64,000 bases of DNA from Nitrososphaeria archaeon (GTDB taxonomy: Archaea > Thermoproteota > Nitrososphaeria > Geothermarchaeales > JDFR-13): assembly GCA_027078545.1 (NCBI GenBank), contig JALWXN010000004.1, positions 128,001 to 192,000 on the forward strand. Reading direction: 5' to 3'. Both the position numbers and the translations under genes were made by a program. The notes beneath the pieces were generated by a model. The model was not told where the DNA came from. It ran no database searches and saw only the letters and a list, made by a program, of their open reading frames with translations. Positions 10,521 to 20,697 of this stretch are shown piece after piece (positions within the stretch are counted from its first letter, which is position 1; each line of letters opens with the position of its first letter).

Positions 10521-11288
10521 TCAAACCGTATAGTACTCCTCACCACCATAGAGAACCCGGGTTATCGAGGCTATCAACTTGTCATAGTTGGTCATATAGA
10601 GGGATGAGATGGGTATGAAGTCTGTATAGACCCCATATCGCCTCATCAGGACTGTTAGCCTATATATAAAATCTGCCTCGAAACTGCCGAGGCTCTTATC
10701 AGCCTCCTCCTTTAGATACTGAGGCTTAGTAACCAGCTTCATCAGCCTCTCGACTTCGTCATCACTCAGGAGGTCGATCTTGTTGATAGCGGCTAGAAGA
10801 GGCTTGTCAAACCTAAGCCTAAGGGTCCCGCCTAGCAACATACTTGCCACTAGGTTCCTCGTCTCCCTCACGAAAACCCCGTCTACGACGTAGAGGAGGA
10901 GAATATCCTCCACATCAAGAGAGTCTAGGAGGATTTTTCCAGATGGTCTGTAGAGGAAGATCTCTAGCTGGCCAGGTGTGTCTATTATGGCTAGCCCAGT
11001 TCCGAGGGATCGTAGAACACTGTTGATCTTCTCAATATAGTTCACCATTAGATCCATAGATACTATGAGCCCTCCATTGGGTCCTAGGCCATACTCATCC
11101 ATAACTCTCCAAAGATCTACGTATTCCCTAATGTCAAAGGTGGGTTGGTAGGGCAGCTTATCTACACCAGGGTCTAGATTAAGGATATAAGCGTCTTGAT
11201 CCTCGTTTCTAAACCATTCGTAAAGCGTGTAAGCAGTCCATGTCTTCCCGGAACCTGCTACACCTACTATGATAACCGCTTTACTCAT
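10521..11288 (-). CDS. GPN-loop GTPase
   Basis: GVAGSGKT, NLDPG, GLGPNGG, DTPGQLE, NKID. Confidence 0.92.
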   Translation of the reverse strand: MSKAVIIVGVAGSGKTWTAYTLYEWFRNEDQDAYILNLDPGVDKLPYQPTFDIREYVDLWRVMDEYGLGPNGGLIVSMDLMVNYIEKINSVLRSLGTGLAIIDTPGQLEIFLYRPSGKILLDSLDVEDILLLYVVDGVFVRETRNLVASMLLGGTLRLRFDKPLLAAINKIDLLSDDEVERLMKLVTKPQYLKEEADKSLGSFEADFIYRLTVLMRRYGVYTDFIPISSLYMTNYDKLIASITRVLYGGEEYYTV

Positions 11289-11473
11289 CTCTTCTTTCTA
11301 GTGCTCCACCACTCGAGATACTCCTCAACCAGATCCTTCTCCTCTTCAAACCTCTTGTCACGTAGGAGGTCGAGATCCCTCCTAGTCATCATTAATCCAC
11401 AGTTTCTACATACATACATCCTTACCTTTCTATCGAATTTCATCTCTCCGCCACAGTTAGGGCATTCAGGCAT
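11285..11473 (-). CDS. Small Zn-ribbon protein
   Basis: CPNC...CRNC, C-terminal EYLEWW; overlaps the GPN start codon. Confidence 0.75.
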   Translation of the reverse strand: MPECPNCGGEMKFDRKVRMYVCRNCGLMMTRRDLDLLRDKRFEEEKDLVEEYLEWWSTRKKR

Positions 11474-11550
11474 CCTTACACCCCGTTTAAAATATCGTTA
11501 ATTTGAGGGGATAACTTAAAAACAGAGGCAAGTTCAATAATAATTTCTGA

Positions 11551-12957
<1,407 letters not shown>

Positions 12958-12961
12958 CCCT

Positions 12962-13354
12962 CTACTCCTCCTCTTGAAGCTCTACATACTTCTCAGGAGG
13001 TAGAAGGGTGTTCAGTTGAGAGGGGTCTTCCACCGACATCTTGAATATCCATCCCTCCCCGTAGGGATCCTCATTGACCAACTCCGGAGCATCAGACAAC
13101 TTCTCATTAACCTCTGTTATTACCCCAGTTACTGGTGCATATATCTCTGCAACAGTCTTCACAGACTCTATCTCGCAGACCTTCTCACCCTTGTTAAACT
13201 TCTTCCCAGTGGGTGGGAGCTCGACGTATACCACGTCTCCAAGCTTGCTCTGGGCATAATCCGTTATACCCACCCTAATCTCCCCGTTTATAGCCTCTAC
13301 CCATTCATGGGTCTCGGTGTACAGGAGGTTCTGGGGAACCTTGTAGCTGCTCAT
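12962..13354 (-). CDS. gcvH: Glycine cleavage system H protein
   Basis: HEWV, GITDYAQ, IESVKT lipoyl lysine, DPYGEGW. Confidence 0.95.
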   Translation of the reverse strand: MSSYKVPQNLLYTETHEWVEAINGEIRVGITDYAQSKLGDVVYVELPPTGKKFNKGEKVCEIESVKTVAEIYAPVTGVITEVNEKLSDAPELVNEDPYGEGWIFKMSVEDPSQLNTLLPPEKYVELQEEE

Positions 13355-13392
13355 AATAATAGTGTATATGATGCTAATAGTATTGAAGAAGT

Positions 13393-14517
13393 CTATAGAG
13401 ACTTCCTTGTAAAGCCATATCGCTCCGGATCATACAATGGAAAGCCCTTTATAACACCTTTTTTGACACGTCCCCGTACAGAGACATAGACCTCGGTCTC
13501 TTCAGACGAGTACTTGGTATCTACATAGACCATCCCTATTCCCTTTAGGAGAATTGGTGAGTATCCACCACTAGTCACGATACCAACTGCATCTCCATCA
13601 ACGTGAAGCGTATTTCCTCTACGAGGAATACTTCTATCCTCCATAACCAGGCCGGTCCTTATTCGCTTAGGCTCACCCACATTCTCTAATGCCTTCTTCC
13701 CTATGAAGTCGGTCTTATACATCTTAACAACCCATCCCAACGACGCTTCATATGGATTAGTATCCTCGTCTATATCGTTACCATATAGGCAATACCCGGC
13801 CTCCAGCCTCAAGGAGTCTCTGGCTCCAAGGCCACATGGGAGGCCTTCGTAAGAATTGATTATAGACAAAAGTGTCTTGAAGCTCCTCATCATCAACATC
13901 TTATCCTTGGTAAACATGATCATCTCAAAACCATCTTCACCTGTGTATCCCGATCTAGAGACAATGATCTGCGCCTGCCCCGTCTCTGGATCCGTCCCAT
14001 TCCAGAAGTGGAACCTCTTAAGGTTGAAGCTCGCCGAGAAATACTCTTCATAGACCATCTTAGAATAGGGACCCTGGATAGCAAACATCGACGAGTCGTC
14101 AGTAACGTCTATTATAGATATATCTCCCCATGGATCCTTCTTTAGAAGGAGCCAATCCAGGATCTTCTCACGGTTTGCGGCGTTAACGACTAGGATATAG
14201 TCATTGCTAGACAATCTGTATACGGTTATGTCGTCCTTTATCCCTCCAGACTCGTTAAGAATCAGGGAGTACTGCATCTTCCCGTCATACAACTTCTCCA
14301 CATCATTTGCCGTAACATAGTTAAGGAAGTCAGTAGCGGATTCACCACTGACACGGATCCTACCCATGTGGGAAACGTCGAATATACCTACCCTGTCTCT
14401 AACCGTTAGATGCTCCTTAACTATGGATGAGTAGTATAGTGGGAGGACATATCCCGAGAAGCTTGTAAAGGTTGCGGATAACTCCCTATGCAGAGGATCT
14501 AGGGGAGATCTCCTCAC
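13393..14517 (-). CDS. gcvT: Glycine cleavage system T protein
   Basis: FDVSHMG, SRSGYTGEDGFE, GLGARDSLRLEAG. Confidence 0.95.
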   Translation of the reverse strand: MRRSPLDPLHRELSATFTSFSGYVLPLYYSSIVKEHLTVRDRVGIFDVSHMGRIRVSGESATDFLNYVTANDVEKLYDGKMQYSLILNESGGIKDDITVYRLSSNDYILVVNAANREKILDWLLLKKDPWGDISIIDVTDDSSMFAIQGPYSKMVYEEYFSASFNLKRFHFWNGTDPETGQAQIIVSRSGYTGEDGFEMIMFTKDKMLMMRSFKTLLSIINSYEGLPCGLGARDSLRLEAGYCLYGNDIDEDTNPYEASLGWVVKMYKTDFIGKKALENVGEPKRIRTGLVMEDRSIPRRGNTLHVDGDAVGIVTSGGYSPILLKGIGMVYVDTKYSSEETEVYVSVRGRVKKGVIKGFPLYDPERYGFTRKSL

Positions 14518-14699
14518 GGTATATCCCCTTCCTCCCCCGTATCGACCGGGGATACCACGATGCTAAAATCCTGGGGATCGAAGATACGTCCACAAACCAT
14601 GCAACTCTCCAATGTCCTAACCAGCTTAGAGATGGGTTGTGGATCTGAGTCTAGGAAGTATACCTCTCCGCAGTTAGAACACTTCACGATGAAGGGCAT
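14514..14699 (-). CDS. Small Zn-ribbon protein
   Basis: CSNC...CMVC; overlaps the gcvT start. Confidence 0.65.
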   Translation of the reverse strand: MPFIVKCSNCGEVYFLDSDPQPISKLVRTLESCMVCGRIFDPQDFSIVVSPVDTGEEGDIP

Positions 14700-14759
14700 A
14701 GCGAATTATAAATAGGGTGTCCAAGGTTTATAACGTGTCTAGATCCTAATAGTCTTGGT

Positions 14760-15101
14760 ATGGGGATCTACGAGTCAGTAGAGAAGATCCTGAGATATAG
14801 GGTAGAGAGAACAGCTAAGAAGGGCATATTAAGTAGGGGCAGGATAGGAAACTTCGTAAAAATTGCTATCTCAGGAATATTTGCACTTCTCCTAACCGGT
14901 ATAATGAATATCAATCCTAGGAACTTCCCAAACACTACGCTATTCACCGTGGTTAATCTAGTCTACCTAGTGGCCATGTACATGATTTTAACGACAATCG
15001 AGAAGAACTCTAGGGATAGAACATTGTTCTATATTGGCGTAGTGCTTGTAATGATGTTGATGATGTTCTCTTCATGGTTCATAACCTTCGCCATCAGGTA
15101 G
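14760..15101 (+). CDS. Hypothetical membrane protein (about 3 TM)
   Basis: Three hydrophobic segments. Confidence 0.6.
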   Translation: MGIYESVEKILRYRVERTAKKGILSRGRIGNFVKIAISGIFALLLTGIMNINPRNFPNTTLFTVVNLVYLVAMYMILTTIEKNSRDRTLFYIGVVLVMMLMMFSSWFITFAIR

Positions 15102-15572
15102 ATCTTCCCTCAATTTCATCCCTGCTGGGGTGGATAGCTTCACATATATCTTGTCGAAGAAGTTGGACAATAGATCGATAAGGGAGGGATCCAGCCGTTC
15201 ATAGAGCCAGAAAACAACTCCCTGGCTACTCCACACGTTATTCAGGAGAAGGAGGAGAATAAAGGGGCAGCTCCTACTAGTTAGAGAAAAAAGCTCGGAG
15301 CAGGGAATATTATAAATCAGCTTCAACCCACTCTCCGACCAGTTAAACGAGTCGATTAGTACGCTATCAATTGAGAATGGTTTGAATATCCTTAGATTTG
15401 TTCTGGGATCTAGCATTGTGGATAGGTCTATAGCTGTCTCAGGATTGATGATATTCAGTACATCCACGATATAGACATCGGGAATCCCCATGCCTACCTC
15501 TCTTATCAACCTAGCCAATGCATCCAACTCTCTACGTGGGGGGAGTAGATCCCCATGGACTAGGATCCTCAA
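15072..15572 (-). CDS. Hypothetical protein, possibly degenerate RecA/KaiC-like fold
   Basis: Coupled to the helicase stop; SVLIDS and LSNFFDKIY resemble RecA-fold strands but there is no Walker A. Confidence 0.45.
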   Translation of the reverse strand: MRILVHGDLLPPRRELDALARLIREVGMGIPDVYIVDVLNIINPETAIDLSTMLDPRTNLRIFKPFSIDSVLIDSFNWSESGLKLIYNIPCSELFSLTSRSCPFILLLLLNNVWSSQGVVFWLYERLDPSLIDLLSNFFDKIYVKLSTPAGMKLREDLPDGEGYEP

Positions 15573-17344
15573 GCATCACCACCCTTGTCTCTAGGAAATA
15601 TTATTTTTTCTCTGAACCATTCAGGAATCAAATTCTCTTCTCTGAAATACTTAAGCGCCCTACGCTCAAGCAGATAGATGTTAATACTCCTACGTGGCCT
15701 TACAAACCTCCCTATCACCTGGATTATATAGTTGATAGCCGGTACTATGTAGCCGTATAGAAACAGTTTTCTCCTCGACCTTGAGGATAGAATCGTCGAC
15801 AACCTTACATCGTATAGATCATCAATGGGCAGTATAGAGAGGCCGTAGATTACTATGGATACCTCGCCCCCAACTGATCTAAACAGGTTAACACCTTCTG
15901 AATACCGGCCTCTATGAGTCATAAACACAACCTTCTTTCGGATCCTGATCATATTTTCTATCTCCTTCTCATCCATGATGTCGATTAGGAACGGTGGTGA
16001 AAAACTATCTGTCCCAAGCACATAGGAGAGATATTCATCATAGACTTGTCTAGACAGATCCTTTGAAGGTAGGAACACGTATATGTCACCCAAGGTTTTC
16101 CTCCTAAGCTCGATGAGAAAGTCAACTATTCTACTGATCTGCTCAGGTGAACGTTCAACATATCTGCTTGTGAAGGATCTGAGGAGCTTAACAGATATGT
16201 TACACTTATCGAGAGGATCGAATAGATAGGGTTTGGATAGCTTTATAACAGGTTTCTTCACCCCAAGCTTGCCGAGCATGTCAACATAGAGATCGGTTGG
16301 ACTTAGGGTTGCTGACATTAGCATCGTTGATAATGAGGAATTTATCAATTTGGATAGAAAACCGTGGCGACTTGGGAACTGTAGAATCAATTTGTCCCGT
16401 AGGATCTTAAGCTCGCCCTCAAACTTCTTAGGCAGGTGAATTATATCCTGTAGGACATCCATGTATCCATCAAACACTCGGTTGAGAAGCTCCTCGAAAA
16501 CTAGTATATTCTCTTCCAGCATTCCCTTGGCGAACCGTCTGTTCAACTGTTCGCTTAGGAATAGGAGGGTCTCATAAGTTCTCTCCTTATCCTTCGCTCC
16601 ATTCTGTCTCAGCATATCCATTAGAATGGCGACTGTCCTCGCCTCCTCCTTCCATCCGACACTCTCAAACTTCGTCTGCAGTAGGCGTAGACTTCTAATG
16701 TTGAAAACCTTGATTCTGGAATCGATTAGTAGATCCATCAAGTTGTGGGCTTCATCTATGAAAACTACATATCTCATGGGGGTAGTGGCTGTAAAGAGGG
16801 AACTATCTGTTAAATGGTTGTAGGTAGCGACGATGATTGGCGAGTTTTTAGCAATAAATTTAAGCGAGTAGTAGGGGCAGAACCCCTTCTCGATAAGTTT
16901 CTCGACGATCTCATTGAAGACCTTGCCCTTGCTGTACTCCTTCATATATGTGCTTAATGGATCGCCGGCTACAGTAGCCCTATAATCAGGGCAGTCAAAG
17001 CCGTTTCCCCTAGCCCTGCACACTGAATAAGCTATCGCCGGATTGTTTGGACTCCCATATAAACACATGAGATCCTTACCCATCACAGGGGCTACCAACA
17101 CGTCTCTATATTCGTAGGACGCGGCGAGATTACGAATACGGCTGAAATATTCCTCGACTAGTGTATGGGTTCTTACGAATATGAAGCTGTTTATCCTGCC
17201 AAAGTGCCAGAGCTTCATCGCAAGTACACTAGCTAGTGTGGACTTACCTGCACCAGTAGGCTGTTCAAGTAGGTATACAGCTGGCGATCTTGTCATCTTC
17301 CTGAGATAGTACTCAACTACATTGTCATCGATTCCAGCTTCCAT
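15569..17344 (-). CDS. XPD/Rad3/DinG-family Fe-S helicase
   Basis: QPTGAGKS, four spaced Cys (LMC..VC..DC..FCPYY), IDEAHN, MSAT, SEGVN, QVIGRFVR. Confidence 0.88.
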   Translation of the reverse strand: MEAGIDDNVVEYYLRKMTRSPAVYLLEQPTGAGKSTLASVLAMKLWHFGRINSFIFVRTHTLVEEYFSRIRNLAASYEYRDVLVAPVMGKDLMCLYGSPNNPAIAYSVCRARGNGFDCPDYRATVAGDPLSTYMKEYSKGKVFNEIVEKLIEKGFCPYYSLKFIAKNSPIIVATYNHLTDSSLFTATTPMRYVVFIDEAHNLMDLLIDSRIKVFNIRSLRLLQTKFESVGWKEEARTVAILMDMLRQNGAKDKERTYETLLFLSEQLNRRFAKGMLEENILVFEELLNRVFDGYMDVLQDIIHLPKKFEGELKILRDKLILQFPSRHGFLSKLINSSLSTMLMSATLSPTDLYVDMLGKLGVKKPVIKLSKPYLFDPLDKCNISVKLLRSFTSRYVERSPEQISRIVDFLIELRRKTLGDIYVFLPSKDLSRQVYDEYLSYVLGTDSFSPPFLIDIMDEKEIENMIRIRKKVVFMTHRGRYSEGVNLFRSVGGEVSIVIYGLSILPIDDLYDVRLSTILSSRSRRKLFLYGYIVPAINYIIQVIGRFVRPRRSINIYLLERRALKYFREENLIPEWFREKIIFPRDKGGDA

Positions 17345-17463
17345 CCCATATAGTTATAATTGTATATAGTTTACGAGGAGACGAAGAGTAAGGTGTAAAT
17401 ATTCGCTATCCATGGGAAAAGAGGATATCTAATACTGATGGGCAACCTATAGATTAACGGGAG

Positions 17464-19695
17464 ATGGCCTATTTCAACCATCCACTTCTAAAGAAGGACA
17501 CGTTAGAATATCGTGTTTATCAGGACGAACTGGCTAAGAAGGCGGCGAAGAAAAACACTCTACTCGTCCTCCCAACGGGAACAGGTAAGACTGTAATAGC
17601 CCTACTAACTATACTTAGATGGTTGGATGAAAACCCTGATGGTAGGGCCTTCTTTCTAGCCCCTACAAGACCCCTTGTACATCAACACTATAAATTCTTT
17701 AGATCAGTCCTAGAGGGAGGGGTAACTATAGGTGTCTTGACGGGTGAACAGAGGCCTGAAAATAGGAGGATCCTATGGAATCAGAAAATAGTGTTTGCTA
17801 CTCCCCAGATACTCTATAACGATCTAGTTAGGGGTACAGTCTCAATAAGTAACAATGATATTCTAGTGTTCGACGAGGCTCACAGAGCAGTTGGCAACTA
17901 TGCATACGTAAAGATAGTTACGTATCTCAGACTAAGATCAATAGAGCCTAGGATACTAGCCATGACAGCATCGCCGGGCGATAAGACGAAGACCATGGAG
18001 ATCATACGTAACCTAGGACTGGAGAACCTTGAGATCTATACCCATGACGATCCGCTGATCGAGCAGTACTTCCACGGATATAGCGTGAAACCAGTCTTCA
18101 TAGAGATGGATCCTGTCCTTAGACACATAATCAACCTGGTGAAGACTGTTATGGAGAGATATGTCGACAGGGCCAACCTCATGCTCGAACCCTACGAGCT
18201 GAGGATCGACAAATCCAGAGTCTCATATAGCCAGATAGAGGAGATAAGGACACAGCTAAACGAGAAGATAACACCATTTAACGCCGTAGAGGAGAAGAAG
18301 ATCAAGATGATAAGGAAGATCCTCTATGAGATCATCCTCCTAGACAAATTCCTAACATACCTGGAGAGCTATACATACCAAACCGCACACAAATACATCT
18401 CTGAACTACTCGGATACTCGGGAAGCTCCAAGAAAGGCCTCAGCCTTAAAAATGAACGGGAGATCAGGGAAGCGTACTACCTCTTAGACTCACTTATCCG
18501 AAACGGCAGGATGCATCCAAAGACACAGAAACTGATAAACGTGCTCTCAGAGGAGGAGTTTAGACGTGCACTTGTATTTACGACTCTAAAAGAGAACGCC
18601 TATGAGCTGAGCAGTATAATTGCAACTAAGCTCGGGATCCCCTCATCCGTACTGGTAGGCAGGGGAAACAATGGGAGCAAGGGTATGAAGCAGAGTCTAC
18701 AGATAAAGACCTTGGAAGACTTCAGCTCAGGAGCGATAAGAGTCCTCGTAGCGACAAACATTGGGGAGGAGGGCCTAGACATTTCAGAGGTAGATCTGGT
18801 CATCTTCTACGACAACCCAGTAAGCGTCATCAGAAGGATACAGCGTATGGGTAGAACGGGACGTAAACAACATGGGAAAGTCATATTCCTAATACTCAGG
18901 GGGACCAGGGACGAGAAGAAGTACTATGCAGGGATACATAGATATAGGAGACTAGTAAGAGAGTTGAAAGAGCTTAAGAAGGAGCTTGAACTGATGAGCA
19001 CCTCATCAACACTAGACAACTTCATCTCAAGCGAACAGAGAAGGGAGGAGTACGTCGTCATAGTAGATACTAGGGAGCAGGGAAGCATTGTAAACAAGCT
19101 AGAGGCCATGAGGATACCCGTGAGGATAGAGTCACTAGAAATAGGTGACTACATCATCGGCAGAACCATAATCGAGAGGAAGACTGTGAAGGACTTTATG
19201 AGATCCCTCTATGAGGGTAGGCTATTCACACAGCTTAAAGAACTATCCACGCTAAAGGACTATAACAAGATCCTGCTCCTAGAGGGAGATAAAAAGGAGC
19301 TCCTAATATCAATGGGAACAAATACAGCAATAGGCACCATACTAACCATAGTCAACGACTACAAGATCCCTATCTACTACAGCGAGAATGAGGAGGAGAC
19401 CGCCAACCTGCTAAAGGTGCTCTACAACAGAGCGGTTAGAAACAAGGAGAAGACGGAGCGCATAAGGATGGATAAGAAGCCTAAGCAGCTAGAGGAGATA
19501 CAGCTATATGTACTGGCTGGGATACCCGGGATAGACAACAAGATGGCCAGGAGACTACTGGAGAAGTTCGGATCTCTAAAAGCAATAGCTAATGCCTCTC
19601 CAAACGACCTTATGAAGGTCCACGGAATCGGACCCGAGCTGGCTATGAGGATATACCGGGTATTCAATCATCACTACCGTGAGAAGGCTTCCTAG
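17464..19695 (+). CDS. hef: Hef (FANCM-like SF2 helicase fused to ERCC4/XPF nuclease and HhH)
   Basis: LPTGTGKT, DEAHRA, TASP, GEEGLD, QRMGRTGR, VDTRE, GDY, ERK, HhH repeats. Confidence 0.92.
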   Translation: MAYFNHPLLKKDTLEYRVYQDELAKKAAKKNTLLVLPTGTGKTVIALLTILRWLDENPDGRAFFLAPTRPLVHQHYKFFRSVLEGGVTIGVLTGEQRPENRRILWNQKIVFATPQILYNDLVRGTVSISNNDILVFDEAHRAVGNYAYVKIVTYLRLRSIEPRILAMTASPGDKTKTMEIIRNLGLENLEIYTHDDPLIEQYFHGYSVKPVFIEMDPVLRHIINLVKTVMERYVDRANLMLEPYELRIDKSRVSYSQIEEIRTQLNEKITPFNAVEEKKIKMIRKILYEIILLDKFLTYLESYTYQTAHKYISELLGYSGSSKKGLSLKNEREIREAYYLLDSLIRNGRMHPKTQKLINVLSEEEFRRALVFTTLKENAYELSSIIATKLGIPSSVLVGRGNNGSKGMKQSLQIKTLEDFSSGAIRVLVATNIGEEGLDISEVDLVIFYDNPVSVIRRIQRMGRTGRKQHGKVIFLILRGTRDEKKYYAGIHRYRRLVRELKELKKELELMSTSSTLDNFISSEQRREEYVVIVDTREQGSIVNKLEAMRIPVRIESLEIGDYIIGRTIIERKTVKDFMRSLYEGRLFTQLKELSTLKDYNKILLLEGDKKELLISMGTNTAIGTILTIVNDYKIPIYYSENEEETANLLKVLYNRAVRNKEKTERIRMDKKPKQLEEIQLYVLAGIPGIDNKMARRLLEKFGSLKAIANASPNDLMKVHGIGPELAMRIYRVFNHHYREKAS

Positions 19696-19999
19696 CAAGG
19701 TTAAGAAGCCTGACGAGAGACTCTAGCATAGCCAGATCCTCCCTACTCAGCTCCTCCTTAGACAGGAGACCCCTAATCTCATTAACCAGCCTATACCTCA
19801 GAGTATTCCTGACCTCCCTCTCAAGCTCATCAACATACTCATCAAAAGTATCCACGACCTTAACATCCCTATCACAGACTGCACAGAAATACCTGTCGTC
19901 CTTCTTCAAGAGCGGGGACCCACATGATGGACACTCCAGATCCGTGAGGATCCATCCCTGCTTCATCAACCTACTTATACGTTTCTCCTCTCCTCCCAT
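19664..19999 (-). CDS. Zn-ribbon protein (Sjogren/scleroderma autoantigen p27-like)
   Basis: LMKQGWILTDLECPSCGSPL...FCAVC; start placed at ATG 19999. Confidence 0.8.
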   Translation of the reverse strand: MGGEEKRISRLMKQGWILTDLECPSCGSPLLKKDDRYFCAVCDRDVKVVDTFDEYVDELEREVRNTLRYRLVNEIRGLLSKEELSREDLAMLESLVRLLNLARKPSHGSDD

Positions 20000-20105
20000 C
20001 CCAGTTAGAATTAGCATCCACCCGAATTATAATGATGCCTAACCCCTAATTCATCGCCTTATAAATCTTCATATTCCCCAACCCTTTATAGTGGGAGGTG
20101 GTCCT

Positions 20106-20384
20106 ATGCCCAGAAGAATGAGCAAGACAGAGATCGAGGAACGATTCAAGAAGGCTAAGGAGATCCTCGGGAAGATAGTCAATAATAGACAGATACCTAG
20201 GAACATTAGGAGACTCGCCGAGGAGACCATGGCCATACTAGACGACGAGTCCATGACACCAGCCGCCAGAGCAGCATCAGCCATACAGAACATAGAGAAC
20301 ATGGCATATGACCCCAACATGCCCATATTCGCAAGGATGTGGGTATGGTCAGCAGTGGCGATTCTTGAGCCTATAAGAGACTAA
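20106..20384 (+). CDS. UPF0147 family protein
   Basis: IPRNIRR, DPNMPIFARMWVW; SD-like GGAGGTG upstream. Confidence 0.88.
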   Translation: MPRRMSKTEIEERFKKAKEILGKIVNNRQIPRNIRRLAEETMAILDDESMTPAARAASAIQNIENMAYDPNMPIFARMWVWSAVAILEPIRD

Positions 20385-20421
20385 CCAATATAATGACTAG
20401 CCATACAATCTAGATTTTGGT

Positions 20422-20543
20422 GGAGGGGTTCCCCTAGCCTGGCCAACCCCCCACGGGGGGCTATCGGGGGCGGGCTCAAGGTTGAAAGAGGAGAAACCCG
20501 CTGGCGTAGGCCTTCGTGGGTTCAAATCCCACCCCCTCCACCA
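20422..20543 (+). tRNA. tRNA-Leu(CAA) with two introns: D-loop (20447-20464) and 37/38 (20481-20495)
   Basis: After removing both introns it matches the intronless tRNA-Leu at 63843 outside the anticodon arm; D-loop BHB GGCC/GGCT with bulges AA|C and AT|C; long variable arm; CCA. Confidence 0.92.
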
Positions 20544-20551
20544 ATGCATAG

Positions 20552-20670
20552 GCCGGGATGCCCGAGTGGCCCAAGGGGTCGCCGCAGCGGCCTAGGCCTC
20601 GAGATCCCCCTGCTCGGGCTAGCCGATGGGGCTCCGCCCCGCGTGGGTTCAAATCCCACTCCCGGCGCCA
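20552..20670 (+). tRNA. tRNA-Ser(CGA) with two introns: 29/30 (20582-20595) and 37/38 (20604-20620)
   Basis: Acceptor GCCGGGA/TCCCGGC, G73, long variable arm; BHB helices GGGT/GCCT and CTCG/CGGG restore anticodon stem TCGGC/GCCGA. Confidence 0.92.
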
Positions 20671-20697
20671 ACATACTTGATCCAGGTGCACCTAAAG

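Noticed and set aside
20626-20697. N-terminal extension of DP1 in the ORF track
   Set aside because: It lies inside tRNA-Ser; a GTG with an SD at 20698 is more plausible
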